Below are positions 1-12,440 of a stretch of 64,000 nucleotides of DNA, one piece after another. Position 1 is the first letter of the stretch; the number at the start of each line of letters is the position of its first letter. The DNA comes from the human T2T-CHM13v2.0 reference genome, Homo sapiens, in assembly GCF_009914755.1 (NCBI RefSeq), contig NC_060938.1; one strand, given 5' to 3'. The position numbers and the translations under genes were made by a program. Under the pieces are notes generated by a model. That model saw nothing but the letters and a program-made list of their open reading frames with translations. It was not told the origin of the DNA and did not search any database.

Positions 1-814
1 ACACTCTTGTGTTGCCTTGACAAGCTCCTCTAAACGTGGCAGTAAACTTAGTGCCTTTCAGTATTCTCCTTTTTCCCATAGACTCACAGACAGCGAGAGA
101 CACCTGGCTCCCCCACATCACTTCCTTAGCAGCCAAGAACAGCATGTCACCCAGAATGAATTCTGGCTGTGGCAGAAAATGGCCCACATAGAGAGATGTC
201 TGGCATTTGGTAGTACCTGGGTGAGAGCTTTCCAAGCTCTTAGGAAGTATACAATGCATAAGGTCCATTTCTAAATACTAGAAACATCTTGCTGTGAAAG
301 CACATAAAGTCCATAGTTAAGATGATGATGCCATGCAGAAAAACACGTGGCAATGTAACCACCAGTCTTTACTTTTTCAATGGCCTTGCACATGGCTGTT
401 ACTGTACTGCTGAAGTCCAGCGTCAGCAGTTTATGTTTCCCCATTGTGTCATCAGCCCAATGCAAAGTACCATCAAAATAACACCTGGAGGTGCTAACAG
501 GAAAATAATCTGAGTAAATCCACATTTGCTGTCTCAACTTCCAAAGACTGGTCATCAAACAGTGTGTTTCTGTCTTTCTATCTTGGCTGCCACCTTTACT
601 ACACTGTAGGGGTCTGAGGTTTGTAGAGTGGATATCGCAGAGTTCTGGTTGTCCTTGTGAGGTTTGATATGATAAACTTTTTAAAAGAAAGTAGGCCTGA
701 TTACAGAAATGAGTATTGTCCCGACAATCCACATAGAATTCTGGGGCATTCTTCTCTTTACATTCAATAATAGCTTCCGCTAAACTTGTAATATTCTGTG
801 GGAATGTATCACTT

Positions 815-3163
815 CTTCACCTTCTTGCTCACTTCCCACCTTCTTGCTCAGAGCTCCAATGGGCTCAGAGCAATGTTTGGAGTGCCAATCACCCTGAGCT
901 CAACCTTGCTCTGAGCATCATCTTCTCTGAGCTCCATCTTACACTGAGAAGCACCTGCTGCAAGCTCCATCTTGCTTGGAGCTCCTTCTTGCTCCAAGCT
1001 CTATCTACTCCAAGCTCCATCTTGCTCAGAGCTCCATCTGCTCCAAGCTCCATCTTGCTCGAAGTGCCAATCGCTCCAAGCACTATCTTGCTGTGAGCAA
1101 CATCTGCATAGACATTCATCTTACTCAGAGCTCCATCTAGTCAGAGATCCATCCACTTTGAGCTCCATCTTGCTAGGAGTTCCAATCACTCCAAGCCCCA
1201 TCTTGCTGGGAGCTCCAATCACTTCTAGCTCCATTTTGCTCTGAGCACCATGTGGACAGAGCTCATCTTACTCTGAGCTACATGTGCTCTGAGCTCTACC
1301 TTGCTTGGAGCTGTAATCACTGTGGGCTCCGTTTTGTTCTGAGCTCCAACTAAAACCAAGCAACGTCTCCTCCAAACTCCATCTTGCTTAGAGCTCCTTT
1401 TTTGCTCAGAGCTCTGTCTGCTCTGAGCTGCATCTTGCTCAGAGCTCCAATTGCTCAGAGCAATGTTCAGAGTGCCAATCATTCTGAGCTCCCTCTTGCT
1501 CTGAGTACCATCTGCTCTGAGCTCCATCTTACACCAGCAACATCTGCTCCAAGTTCCATTTTGTTTGGAGCTCCTTCTTGCTCAGAGGTCTATCTGATCT
1601 GAGCTCCATCTGGTTCGGAGATCCAATCACTCCAAGCTCCATCTTGCTCTGAGCACCATCTTCTTGAAGCTCCATCTACTCCCAGCTCCATCTTGCTTTA
1701 GAGCTTCCATCACTCTGAGCTCCACTTTGCTCAGAGCTCCATTTACTCAGAGCTCCACTTGCTCCAAGCTCCATCTTTCTCAGAGCTCCAATCCCTCCAA
1801 ACTCCATCTTGCTCTGAGTACCCTCTGCTCAGAGCTCCATATTCTCGGAGCTGCATCTTCTAGCTCCATCTTGCTGATATCTCCAATCACTTCCAGCTCC
1901 ATTTTGTTCTGAGCATCATGTGCTCGAAGCTCCATCTTACTGTAAGCAGCATGTTCTCTGAGCTCCATCTTGCTCTGAGCACCATCTGTTCTGAACTCCA
2001 TCTGAAACTGAGGAACATTTGCCCCAAGCTGCATCTTGCTTAGAGCTCCTTCTTGCTCCGAACTTCGTTTGCTCCAAGCTCCATCTGCTCCGAGCTCCAG
2101 CTTGCTGAGAGCTCCAATTACTTCCAGCATCATTTTGCTCTGAACACCATCTGCTCAAGCTACATCTTACTGTGAGCAACATGTTTTCTGAGCTACATCT
2201 TGCTCAGAGCTGCATCTGCTCCAAGCCCCATTGTGCTCGAAGCTCTAATCACTCCGAGGCTGATCTTGCTCTGATCACTATCTGCTCAGAGTTCCAATCC
2301 TCCAGAGTAAAGTTTTTAAGTTCCAATCATTTCAAGCTCCATGTTGTTACGAGCATCTGCTCTGAGCTCCATCTTACACCGAGCAACATCTGCTCCAAGT
2401 TCCATCTTGCTTGGAGCTCCTTTTTGTTCAGAGCTCTATCTGCTCCAAGCTCAATCTTCTCTGAGTTCCATCTTGCTTGGAGCTCTAATCATTCTGAGCT
2501 CCATCATGCTCTGAGCACCATCTGCTCTGAGCTCCATCTGAAACTGAGCAACATCTGCACCAAGCTCCATCTTGCTTAGATCTCCTTATTGCTCAGAGTT
2601 TCATCTGCTCTGAGCACCATCTTGTTCAGAGCTCCATCTTGCTCAGAGTTCCAACTGCTCAGAGAACTGTTGAGAGTTCCAACGACTCCAAGCTTTATCT
2701 TGCTCTGGGCTCCATCTTACACAGAGGAACATCGGCTCCAAGCTCCATCTTGCTTGGAGCTCCTTCTTGTCTGAGCTATATTTGCTCTGAGCTGGACACT
2801 CCATGCTCCATGGTGCTCTGAGTTCCATCTGCTAAGAGCTCCATCTGCTCCAAGCTCCATCTTGCTTGGAGCTCCAATCACTCCAAGCTCCATCTTGCTC
2901 TGAGCACCATCTGTTCTGAGCTCCACCTTGCTCAGAGCCCCAGTCACTCCTAGCTCCATCTGGCTCTGAGTACCATCTGCTCGGAGCTCCATCTTGCTCT
3001 GAGACCACAGGCTTGGTGCTCCATCATACTCAGAAACATCTGCTCCGAGCTTCATATTAATCGGAGCTCCATCTCACCTGGAGCTCCATCTGCTCTGAGC
3101 TCCATCAAGCTTGGAGCTCATCTTGCTCAGAGGTCCATCTTGCTTTGCGAACCATCTGCTCCA
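815..3163. repeat. Degenerate 33-bp satellite (alternating 17-mer AGCTCCATCTTGCTCAG and 16-mer AGCTCCATCTGCTCCA / AGCTCCAATCACTCCA), about 70 dimers
   Basis: Periodicity read directly, e.g. from 1013: agctccatcttgctcag|agctccatctgctcca|agctccatcttgctcga|agtgccaatcgctcca. Minus-strand ORFs show the matching 11-aa period (KMELGADGALS). Confidence 0.95.
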
Positions 3164-3420
3164 TGTATGGTTATAGCAGCACTATTCACAATGGTAAAGA
3201 CTTGGAACCAACCCATATGCCCATCAATGATAGACTGGAAAAATAAAATGTACTACATATACATCATGGAATACTACACAGCCATAAAAAGGTATGAGAT
3301 CAAGTCCTCTGCAGGGACAGGGATGAAGCTGGAAGCCATCATCCTCAGCAAGCTAACACAGGAACAGAAAACCAAACACTGCATGTTCTCGCTCGTAAGT
3401 GGGAGCTGAACAATGAGAAC
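3164..3420 (+). mobile_element. L1 (L1PA/PB-type) ORF2-end / 3' fragment
   Basis: Translation IAALFTMVKTWNQPICPSMIDW...KLEAIILSKLTQEQKTKHCMFSLVSGS matches the canonical L1 ORF2 C-terminus. Confidence 0.9.
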
Positions 3421-4440
3421 ATATTTTAATACTATTACGCCCTCTGAAAATGGTCTCTATTTCTCTTAACAAAGGATATTTATACTTTGTAATTTTTTTC
3501 TCTCTAAAGGATTGTGGCTTCTTCTGTCTGTGCCAGTCTAGGGCCCAGGTTGACTACCTCACTTTGAAATGACCCACCCCATGTCCGTCCGCACATGGTT
3601 GGTCCCTCCTGTAAACTGTTTGTTCACAGACTGTTACCACCTGTGGGTCATTTGACGGGAGGTGACCTCACACAGCAATGCACCAGGCAAATCACCAACT
3701 GAAAGAATCACTGAAACAACATGTGTCTGCTTATTTCAAAGAATGAATAGGAGTCAGTTGAAGGTGATTAAGTCAGCAACATCTTAAGGTGATAAGATGT
3801 CAGTAACATCTTAGATGACCAAGAATAATCTTGTGGGCCCCAAGAACATATGACAATATGGACTACGCCAGCAAAAATCTCACCCATCAGACAACAGCAA
3901 ATGACACTGTGGCTCAAATGTTAAATGTCCTCTCTTGATGTGTGAAAGCACATGACCAGCAGGAGGCAAAAACATCAGGGAGACAAAGGCTTTGTTGCAT
4001 ATCTGTGGACTTCAGTCTCCAGTGAGACACTCAGAGCCTACATCTCCTCTGTTACCACTGCTGTTTTGATTGCACAGAACATTTCCATATATGTTTCATT
4101 CTACAAGAAACGTTTCGACAAACATACATCTGATAAAAGGCTGTCTTCAAAATGTCTAAGCAACTAACACTACTCACTAGCAAAAACACAAAAGAGAAAC
4201 TAATAACCAAACAAAACCTGAATAGACATTTCTACAAAAAAGACATAACATTGAAAACAAGTTTTAAAAACTTGAATAACATCACAAACCATGAGAAAGA
4301 TATAAATCAAAACAACACACATATCTCACTATAATTCAAATGGATGTTATCAAAGTGATACAATATATTAAAAGAGACACAAATGCTGGTGGAAATTTCC
4401 AGAGAAAAACTCATTTGGTAAGAATGTTAATTAGTATACA

Positions 4441-4730
4441 GCTGGGCACGGTGGCTCACGCCTGTAATCCCAGCACTTTGGGAGGCCGAGGCCGGCAGAT
4501 CACGAGTTCAGGAGATCGAGACCACCCCGGCTAACACGGTGAAACCCCGTCTCTACTAAAAGTATAAAAAATTACCTGGGCGTGGTGGCGGGTGCCTGTA
4601 ATCCCAGCTACTCAGGAGGCTGAGGCAGGAGAATGGCGTGAACCCAGGAAGCAGAGCTTGCAGTGAGCTGAGATCATGCCACTGCACTCCAGCCTGGGCA
4701 ATACAGCGAGACTCCATCCAAAAAAAAAAA
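4441..4730 (+). mobile_element. AluY with ~20-bp target-site duplication
   Basis: AluY diagnostics (gagatcgagacc...ggctaacacggtg, gaatggcgtgaacc). AAGAATGTTAATTAGTATAC flanks both sides (4420 and 4729). Confidence 0.95.
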
Positions 4731-6795
4731 GAATGTTAATTAGTATACATACTACAGAAACCAGTGGGAGGTTCCTCCAAAAATTAAACCTACAACTACC
4801 ACTTCATCTAACAATTCTACTACTAAGTATACTTTCAGTGCCAAAGAAATCAGTTTATGCAAGAGGTATCAGCCATCCTATGTGGACTGCAGCACTATTC
4901 ACAATCGCCAAGATAAGGAATAAACTTACCTGCCCATCCACAGATGAAGGGATAAAGTAACTGTGGTGGACATACACAAAGAGAATAGTCTTCAGCCAGA
5001 AAATCAGAATGAAATTTCATCCTTTGGAGCCATACTGTTGAACCTGGAGGACAGCATGGTAAATGACCTGAACCAGGTAGAGAAAGAAAAACATTGCCAC
5101 ATCTCACTCATGTAGAACCCAAAATAAAAGGCTTTATTGCAATAGATCTAGAGAGCACAACAGTGGTTTCCAGAGATTGGAAGGAAGCAGGGGCATGGGC
5201 AGGGATCAGAAATAGGTACAAAATTACACTTAGATGAGAGCAATGAATTGTTCCTCTCTGTTCCACAGCACTGTGACCAGAGGTTAACAAAACATCACAG
5301 CTTTTTCACAAAATCTGGAAAAGAAGATTCCAAATGTTTTCACCACAAATAAATTAACAACTGTTTGTGATAACAGAGACTCTAAATATCCTGATTTTAA
5401 CATTCCTCTGTGTCTGCATTAACCAAAATGCCCCACTCTAACTCCCCCCATTGTATACCTTTACTATATGGCCAACCTTTTAAAAAATATGTAAATATGC
5501 AATGCTAAAATTCATGCAGACCACAAAACACCCTGAATTTCTAAAGCAATCCTGAGAAGTCCACACTACATTGGTTGTGTCACACTTCCCGATTTTAATT
5601 TTCATTGAAAAGCTAGGGACCCCATTTCACACAGAGCAGTGGAACAGATTAGAGGACCCAGATGTAAACCCACACCCCTAACACATCTGATCTTCAAAAA
5701 AATCCAAAAAAATAAGCTTTGGAGAAAGGACTCCCTCCTCTCAATAGATGGTGCCAGGATAAAGTGCTAGCCAGTTGCAGAAGAAAAACAGTGGGCCCCT
5801 GTGTCTCACCCTGCACAGAAATTAACTCAAGATGAATGAAAGATGTAAACACAAGACCTCAAACTATGAAAAGCCTGCAAGAGAACTTGGAAATACCCTT
5901 CTTGACAGAGGATTTGGCAGAACATGGCTATGCCTAAGTCCCCAAAAGCAAGTGCAACTAAAACAATTATTGACAAGTGGGGCCTAATATACAAAAGAGC
6001 TGCTGCACAGCAGAAGCAATTACCAACACAGTAAACAGACAGCCTACACAATGGGAGAAAATGTTCCCACATACGCATCTGATGAAGTCTAATATCCAGG
6101 ATCTACCTCAAATACATTAAGCAAATAAATCAGAAAAACAAAAACTCGATGAAGAAAGGGTAAGGGGCATGAAAACATGCATCTCAAAAGAAGGTTTACA
6201 GCAACCAACAGACAAGATATCATTGCTTTACCTCAGGAATCATCAGAGAAATGCAAAGCTAAAGGCCCATGAGATAGTATTTCACACATTCTGATGAATG
6301 ACAATTATGACACAGTCCACAAGAATGAACACCAGCAAGGCAGAGGAGGAGGGATGCTGGTCTGCTGTTGGTGGAAATGCAAACTAGTTCGGACACCATG
6401 GAAAGCAATGTGGGGATTTCTCAAATAACTTTCTCGACATCACTAAACCTCACAAAAAAATGTCCATGAAAACCACACTAAGATTCCGTCTCATTCCACT
6501 CAGAATGAGTACTACCAAAAACAAAACACAAATTTTTGAAGGTGACATCCAGTGTAGACTTACAGAAAGGTAACCTCTTAAACACTATTGGTGAGGATGT
6601 AAATTAGTATACACACTATAAAAAACAGCTAGAGGTTTCTGAAAAAATTCACAGTACAACTACCATGTCAGCTAACAGCCCCACCACTGGTTCCACATTT
6701 AAAGCAGTTGAAGTCCCTAGGTTGAAGAGAGCTATCTGCCTTCCCATGGGTACTAAAGCACTCTTAACTGTGGCCAAGGTAGAGAACCAACCTAC

Positions 6796-9700
6796 CTGTT
6801 CAAACACAGGTGCAGGGATGAGGAAACTGCTGTACAGATACACCACGGAATATGTTTCAGCCAGAAACCTTTGGGAAATCCTGCCATCTGCAGCCACATG
6901 AAGAAACCTGAAGAACATGAGGTTCAAAGAATAAGGCTGGTAGAGAAAGTCCCATGCCACGTGATCTCAGGCATGCAGACTGAAGAAAGCTTTATCTTCT
7001 AGAAGTGGAAAGTTCAATAAGGCTTACCAGAGGCTGCTGGGGAAGTGGAGGCAGTCTCAGAAGGAATCAGTGATGGGTACAAAGTTACTCTCAGATGAGA
7101 CTGATCAATTCTGGCCTTCTATTCCACAGCAGGGTGACTAGCCTTAACACAAATGTACCATATGTTTCAAAGTAGCTAGAAGGAAAGATTCTGAATGTTG
7201 TTACCACTCAAAAATAATAACTATATGAGATGAAGAGATGCTAAATAACCTGATTTTATCATTACTCAACATATACACGTATCAAAATCTTCCTTGTACC
7301 TTTTAATTGTATACATTTAGTATATGACAAATAGTGTTTTAAGAAATATAAAGAAACAATGCCAAAATTTATGTGGAAATGTGAAACACCCTGAATTTCC
7401 AAAGTTATTCTGAGAAATACAAACCATATGGGATGTGTCACATTCCCTGAGTTCTAATTAAATGAAAATCTGTAGTTAACAAACCCATATGTTACTGGCG
7501 TACACAGAGAAACATAGACCAGTGAGCAAAATGAATGTGCTCAATAATAAACAAAAATTTATATGGAATGAACACATTTTTCAAAACACCACCAAAATGA
7601 CACAACGGGGAAGATTTCCAAAACTAGATATCCATATGCAAAAGAATAATACAGGACTCTTATGGTACTAGATACACAATAATCAACTCAAAATGATTAA
7701 AGATTATACACAAAACTTGCAACCATAAAGCTCCTATAAAGACAACCTCAGGTGTGCGTATATTTAGGGCAACTTGGATGTATGCTCAGGGTTCGCAAAA
7801 AGTAAACAAAAATACAAGGGAAAAAAATTATTGACAATGAACTGCTTTGGTAGTGATTTGTGATTTTGTTTTTTCTTGATTAGTAACCAACAGCACAGCC
7901 ACCAAGAAATTATGCACATGTGGGACCACGTCAAGCTGAAGCGTTTGTGCCCAACAAAGGAAACAATAAAGAAAATAAAAAGGCACACTAAAAATTACAA
8001 GTTTGGGATAAGGGATTATTTTTGAAAAGGTACAAGCGAGTCATACTACCAGCTGGCAAAAAAAAAAAAAAAAAAAAAAAACAAAACAACAGAACAATTG
8101 CCAGACAAAAACTGGGCAAATAACCGGATTAGATATTTTTCTAAAGAAGACAGGAAACTGACCCAATGTCTACAAAAACGTGGTTAACATTACTACTCAT
8201 GAGAAAAATGCAGATCAAAACCACACTCAGATCTTATCTCACTCCAATAGAATGAACATTACAAAAAGATCAAAATATTTAAAAAGACAATTCCTGGTAT
8301 GAATTTCCAGAAAGGGGAACTGTTTGTGGAAACATAAATTAGTATTAACACTATAAAAAACAGTTGGAGGTCTTGCAAAGAATAGGAAAAAAAGAAATAC
8401 CATATCATCTAGCAGTCCCATTACTGGGTATAAATTCAACCTACCTGTTCATCCGCAGATAAAGAGATCAAGAAACTCTTATATACATACACTAGGAAAT
8501 ATTCTCCAGCCATCAAAATAATGAAGCAGTGTCATTTAGAGCAACACAGATGAACCTGGAACACATTATGTTAAATGTAATGAGCTAGGCCTAGAAGACA
8601 AACACTGCATGATACCACTCGTGAAATCTTAAGATGTTTATCTTAATGAAGTAGAAAGCACAATATTGGTTACCAGAGTTTGGGAGATAGAGGGGGAATG
8701 GGGAAGGATTGATTATGGAAACAAAGTTATCTTAACATTAAAGGAATAAATCTGAAGTTCTCCTCCTCAGCCTGGTGACTGGAGTAAACAATATCATATT
8801 TTTCTAGAGCAAGAAGGGAGAATTTTGAATGTTCTCCCCACAAAAAAAAAAAAAAAAAAAAAATGCCTGGACGAGCAAATAGAGATCCTAAGTACCCTGA
8901 TTTGATCATTACCCAACCTATATGTATGAAAATGTACCCCTAATTATGGACCTTTATGTTGTGAAAAAAAGTTAATAGAAATAAATAGGTATTGCTAAAA
9001 ATCACAGGGAACCACAAAAGCAATGAATATCTAAAGGAATCCTCAGAAATACAAAGTGAAGACCCACAATCCTCAATATCAAATTACACTGCCAAGTTGT
9101 AGTTATACAGCTGATATATGATACTTGCATAAACTATGGACAAAAACAGGGAGAACAAAAACATGATCAACACAAATATGGACACAGTCAACTGACTTTG
9201 ATAAAGAACACTGCAATGTGGAAGGCAGAGAATGAGTACCTTTGAGAAAAATGATATTCAGATGCAGAAGTGAGAAATAGGACCTTATTTTACACGATGT
9301 ATGAAAATGAACACCCCCTCCCCCAAATTGAAGGCAAAACAAAAGACCATAAACCACAAAATGTTTTTAACTAAAACACAGGATGAGCATATATTTTGGG
9401 TCACTTGAATCTCTGCTCACCTCTGCAAAGAGGAAAATAAACAAACACCGTAGAAGAAAAACCTCATTAACAATTAAATGCTTTGTCACTGATATATATT
9501 TTCTTATATGGGTGACAAAAATTACATGCATGAAACGCAAAAATAAATATATGGGACTATGTCAACATGAAAAGTTTCTGCACATCAAAGAAAACTACTT
9601 TCCAAATTAAAAAGCATCCTATAGATTAGGCAAAAATTTCAGGCAATCATGTAATTCACGAGGAGTTGTCATCTAACATGTACACAAAAAACACTACAAA

Positions 9701-10830
9701 GTAGCAAAAGCATCCAATCTAATATTTTGCAAAGAACCTGAACGGACAATTCTGCACAGCCATAAAATCGAACAACAAATAAGAGATAAGGTCCTCAAAA
9801 TAAACTATTCATTAGAAAACTGTAATTCAAAACCACACACAGATAATCTCACACTTATTGAATATTCCTAGATTTTTTATAAAAAAAATAAGAGGGGCTG
9901 GGAATGGTGTCTCATGCCTGTAATCTCTGCACTTTGCGAGGCCGAGGCAGGTGGATCACCTGAGGTCAGGAGTTTGAGACCAGCCTGACCAATATCGTGA
10001 AACCCCATCTCTACTAAAAATACAGAAATTAGCTGGGCATGGTGGCGGCCCCTGTAGTCCCAGCTACTCCGGAGGCCGAGACAGGAGACTTGTTTAAAAC
10101 CAGGCAGAGGCTGCAGTCTGCCGAGATGGCGCCACTGCACTCCAGCCTGGAAGACAGAGCAAGACTCCGTCTCAAAACAAAAACAAAACAAACCCCAAAC
10201 CAAAAATAATAGGAATGCGGGTGTGGTTTTGGAGAAAGGGAAACTCATACACTGTAGGTGGAAATGAAAATTAGGATACACACCATGGAAAACAGCTAAA
10301 TAGCTGGAGACTCCTCAAAGAACTGAAACTACAGATGTCCCCTGCTCTAGCGAGGTCTCTTTTTAAAGGTGCTGAGGCATCAAAAATAATCCTAGACTCC
10401 AGCTCAGAGGCCCCTGAGGCTCGGAGGGACCCAGGTCCGGCGTTTCACCGCCAGCTCTGGGCCAGGGCGCTCCTATACGCTGGACGCGGGTCGGACATTG
10501 GCATAGCCTTCCCGGCCGGGGTGCGGACGCTGCAGTAGCCAGGACCCCACAACCGCCCCCACGCGGAGGACTCGGGCCCAGATGCCCACGAAGAAGTGAA
10601 AGCACGAAAACAGGGAGAGGCAGGGAAGGAGCCGGGAGGGTTCCCGGTGGGGTCCACGCCCCCGCCACTTACCGCGGAGACCTGCCTCCTACTCCACCAT
10701 CACATGGAACCCACCACTGCTTCTCCGAAGCTCGCTCTGACCACGCCGCTGCTGCTGCAGGGGCCTCGCAGGAAGTGCAGTCTCAGCTTCCGTAGGGACA
10801 CGCACGCTGGCAGCATCCCTCGTGCCAGGT
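6796..10830 (-). ncRNA. DUXAP8/DUXAP9/DUXAP10: 5' part of a DUXAP8/DUXAP9(LINC01296)/DUXAP10-family lncRNA; exons about 10673-10830, 8445-8555, 7028-7142, 6796-6907
   Basis: The CpG-island first exon ends CTCCGCG|GTAAGT at 10673. Downstream exons are bounded by canonical sites: ccag|GTTCATC...GAACAG|gtagg, ttaag|GCTAGTC...CTCTG|gtaagc and cttcag|GTTTCTT...GAACAG|gtagg. The spliced junction GAGAAGCAGTGGTGGGTTCC...CCGCG/GTTCATCTGTGTTGCTC matches my recollection of LINC01296/DUXAP transcripts. Paralog and TSS are not resolvable here. Confidence 0.75.
9895..10205 (+). mobile_element. AluS element with (CAAAA)n tail
   Basis: Dimeric Alu with ggatcacctgaggtcaggagtttgagaccagcctg. Confidence 0.93.
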
Positions 10831-11445
10831 TGAAGCTCCACCCCCTCTTAAAGGGACGCGGCTCGGACTTGCCAGAAGCAGCTTTGGGTGGCAACACAGG
10901 CTGAGCCTCTGCCCAGCCCCAGGGGGCGACGAAAGACCCCTGGTCTCTCATCCTCCCCAGCTTTCGGGCCCTAGAAGTCGCAGGGACGCTCCCTGTGACC
11001 CCCTCCCCGAGATCGGCTCCCTTTGCCTAGGGAGCACCCGGGACCTGCCCCTGCCCTCCTCTGGACCTCAGTTTCACCATCCGCAAAGGAAGCAGCCTCG
11101 CTAGAGCTCTGGGGTTCCTCAAGCTTGGTGTCTCAGGATCCAGGGTGTGCTCCCCTGCCCCTCTGCAGAGGGGGTCCAGAGAACCACAGAAAGCTGGGGG
11201 CTGGAGGGACAGTCCGGAGGGCAGCAGGGCCTCCCCGGCCTCACTGTCCGCATCTGTCCTGTGGGAGCCCGGGGGCCTCGCTATGGCCCAGACACCCACA
11301 GCCTCACCAGGGCTGCCTGGGTCACCGGGCTCCCCAGGAGGCAGGCAGGGGCCCTGGGGTCCAGCGCTGCCCCCACCTCAACTCCATCCTGCGTCAGGGC
11401 CCGCGAGGGGCCCTGTGGACTGGACCCAGGCCCGCCCATTCCCAG
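10390..11445. promoter_or_regulatory. CpG island / likely promoter of the minus-strand lncRNA
   Basis: High GC with many CpGs. Contains the first-exon donor at 10672 and ETS-like GGAAG motifs near 10770-10792. Confidence 0.75.
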
Positions 11446-11448
11446 GGA

Positions 11449-12440
11449 GAGGCTATTAATTATTGCCTCAATTTCAGAGCCTGTTATCGGTCTCTTCAGA
11501 GATTCAGCTTCTTCCTGGTTTAGTCTTGGGAGGGTGTATGTGTCAAGGAATTTATCCATTTCTTCCAGATTTTCTAGTTTATTTGCGTAGAGGTGCTTAT
11601 AGTATTCTCTGATGATAGCTGGTATTTCTGTGGGATCGGTGGTGATATCCCCTTTATCTATTTTTATTGCATCTATTTGATTCTTCTCTCTTTTCTTCTT
11701 TATTAGTCTTGCTAGCGGTCTATCAATATTGTTGACCTTTTCAAAAAACCAGCTCCTGGATTCATTGATTTTTTTTTGAAGGGTTTTTTGTGTCTCTATT
11801 TCCTTCAGTTCTGCTCTGATCTTACTTATTTCTTGCCTTCTGCTAGCTTTTCAATGTGTTTGCTCTTGCTTCTCTAGTTCTTTTAATTGTGATGTTATGG
11901 TGTCAATTTTAGATCTTTCCTGCTTTCTCTTGTGGGCATCTAGTGCTATAAATTTCCCTCTCCACACTGCTTTAAATGTGTCCCAGAGATTCTGGTATGT
12001 TGTGTCTTTGTTCTCATTGGTTTCAAAGAACATCTTTATTTCTGTCTTCGTTTCGTTATGTACCCAGTAGTCATTGAGGAGCAGGTTGTTCGGTTTCCAT
12101 GTAGTTGAGCGGTTTTGAGTGAGTTTCTTAATCCTGAGTTCTAATTTGATTGCACTGTGGTCTGAGAGACAGTTTGTTATAATTTCTGTTCTTTTCCATT
12201 TGCTGAGGAGTGCTTTACTTCCAACTATGTGGTCAGTTTTGGAATAGGTGTGGTGTGGTGCTGAAAAAAATGTATATTCTGTTGATTTTGGTGGAGAGTT
12301 CTGTAGATGTCTATTAGGTCTGCTTGGTGCAGAGCTGAGTTCAATTCCTGGATATCCTTGTTAACTTTCTGACTCATTGATCTGCCTAATGTTCACAGTG
12401 GGATGTTAAAGACTCCCATTATTATTGTGTGGGAGTCTAT
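11449..12440 (-). mobile_element. L1PA internal ORF2 fragment
   Basis: Minus-strand peptides [22 protein letters not shown]...ELEKQEQTH and [21 protein letters not shown] are L1 ORF2. Confidence 0.95.

Larger units (their letters stand above)
4110..10335 (+). mobile_element. Tandem array of about 4 old L1M(A) 3'-end segments (1.6-1.9 kb unit)
   Basis: The same ORF2 entry point recurs at ~5501 (atgctaaaattcatgcagaccacaaaacaccctgaat), ~7358 and ~8991. Each is immediately preceded by an L1MA-type 3'UTR end (~5300-5480, 7170-7340, 8800-8970). Confidence 0.8.

Noticed and set aside
271-816. 182-codon open frame on the minus strand, with a faint cyclin-Y-like phrase nearby (FILGDMLFLAAKEVMW)
   Set aside because: Length is within chance for 64 kb and the similarity is too weak to call. 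tBLASTn or HMMER on 1-816 would settle it.
11449-12440. Active L1
   Set aside because: Internal fragment with stops and frameshifts; no full-length L1 in the window.
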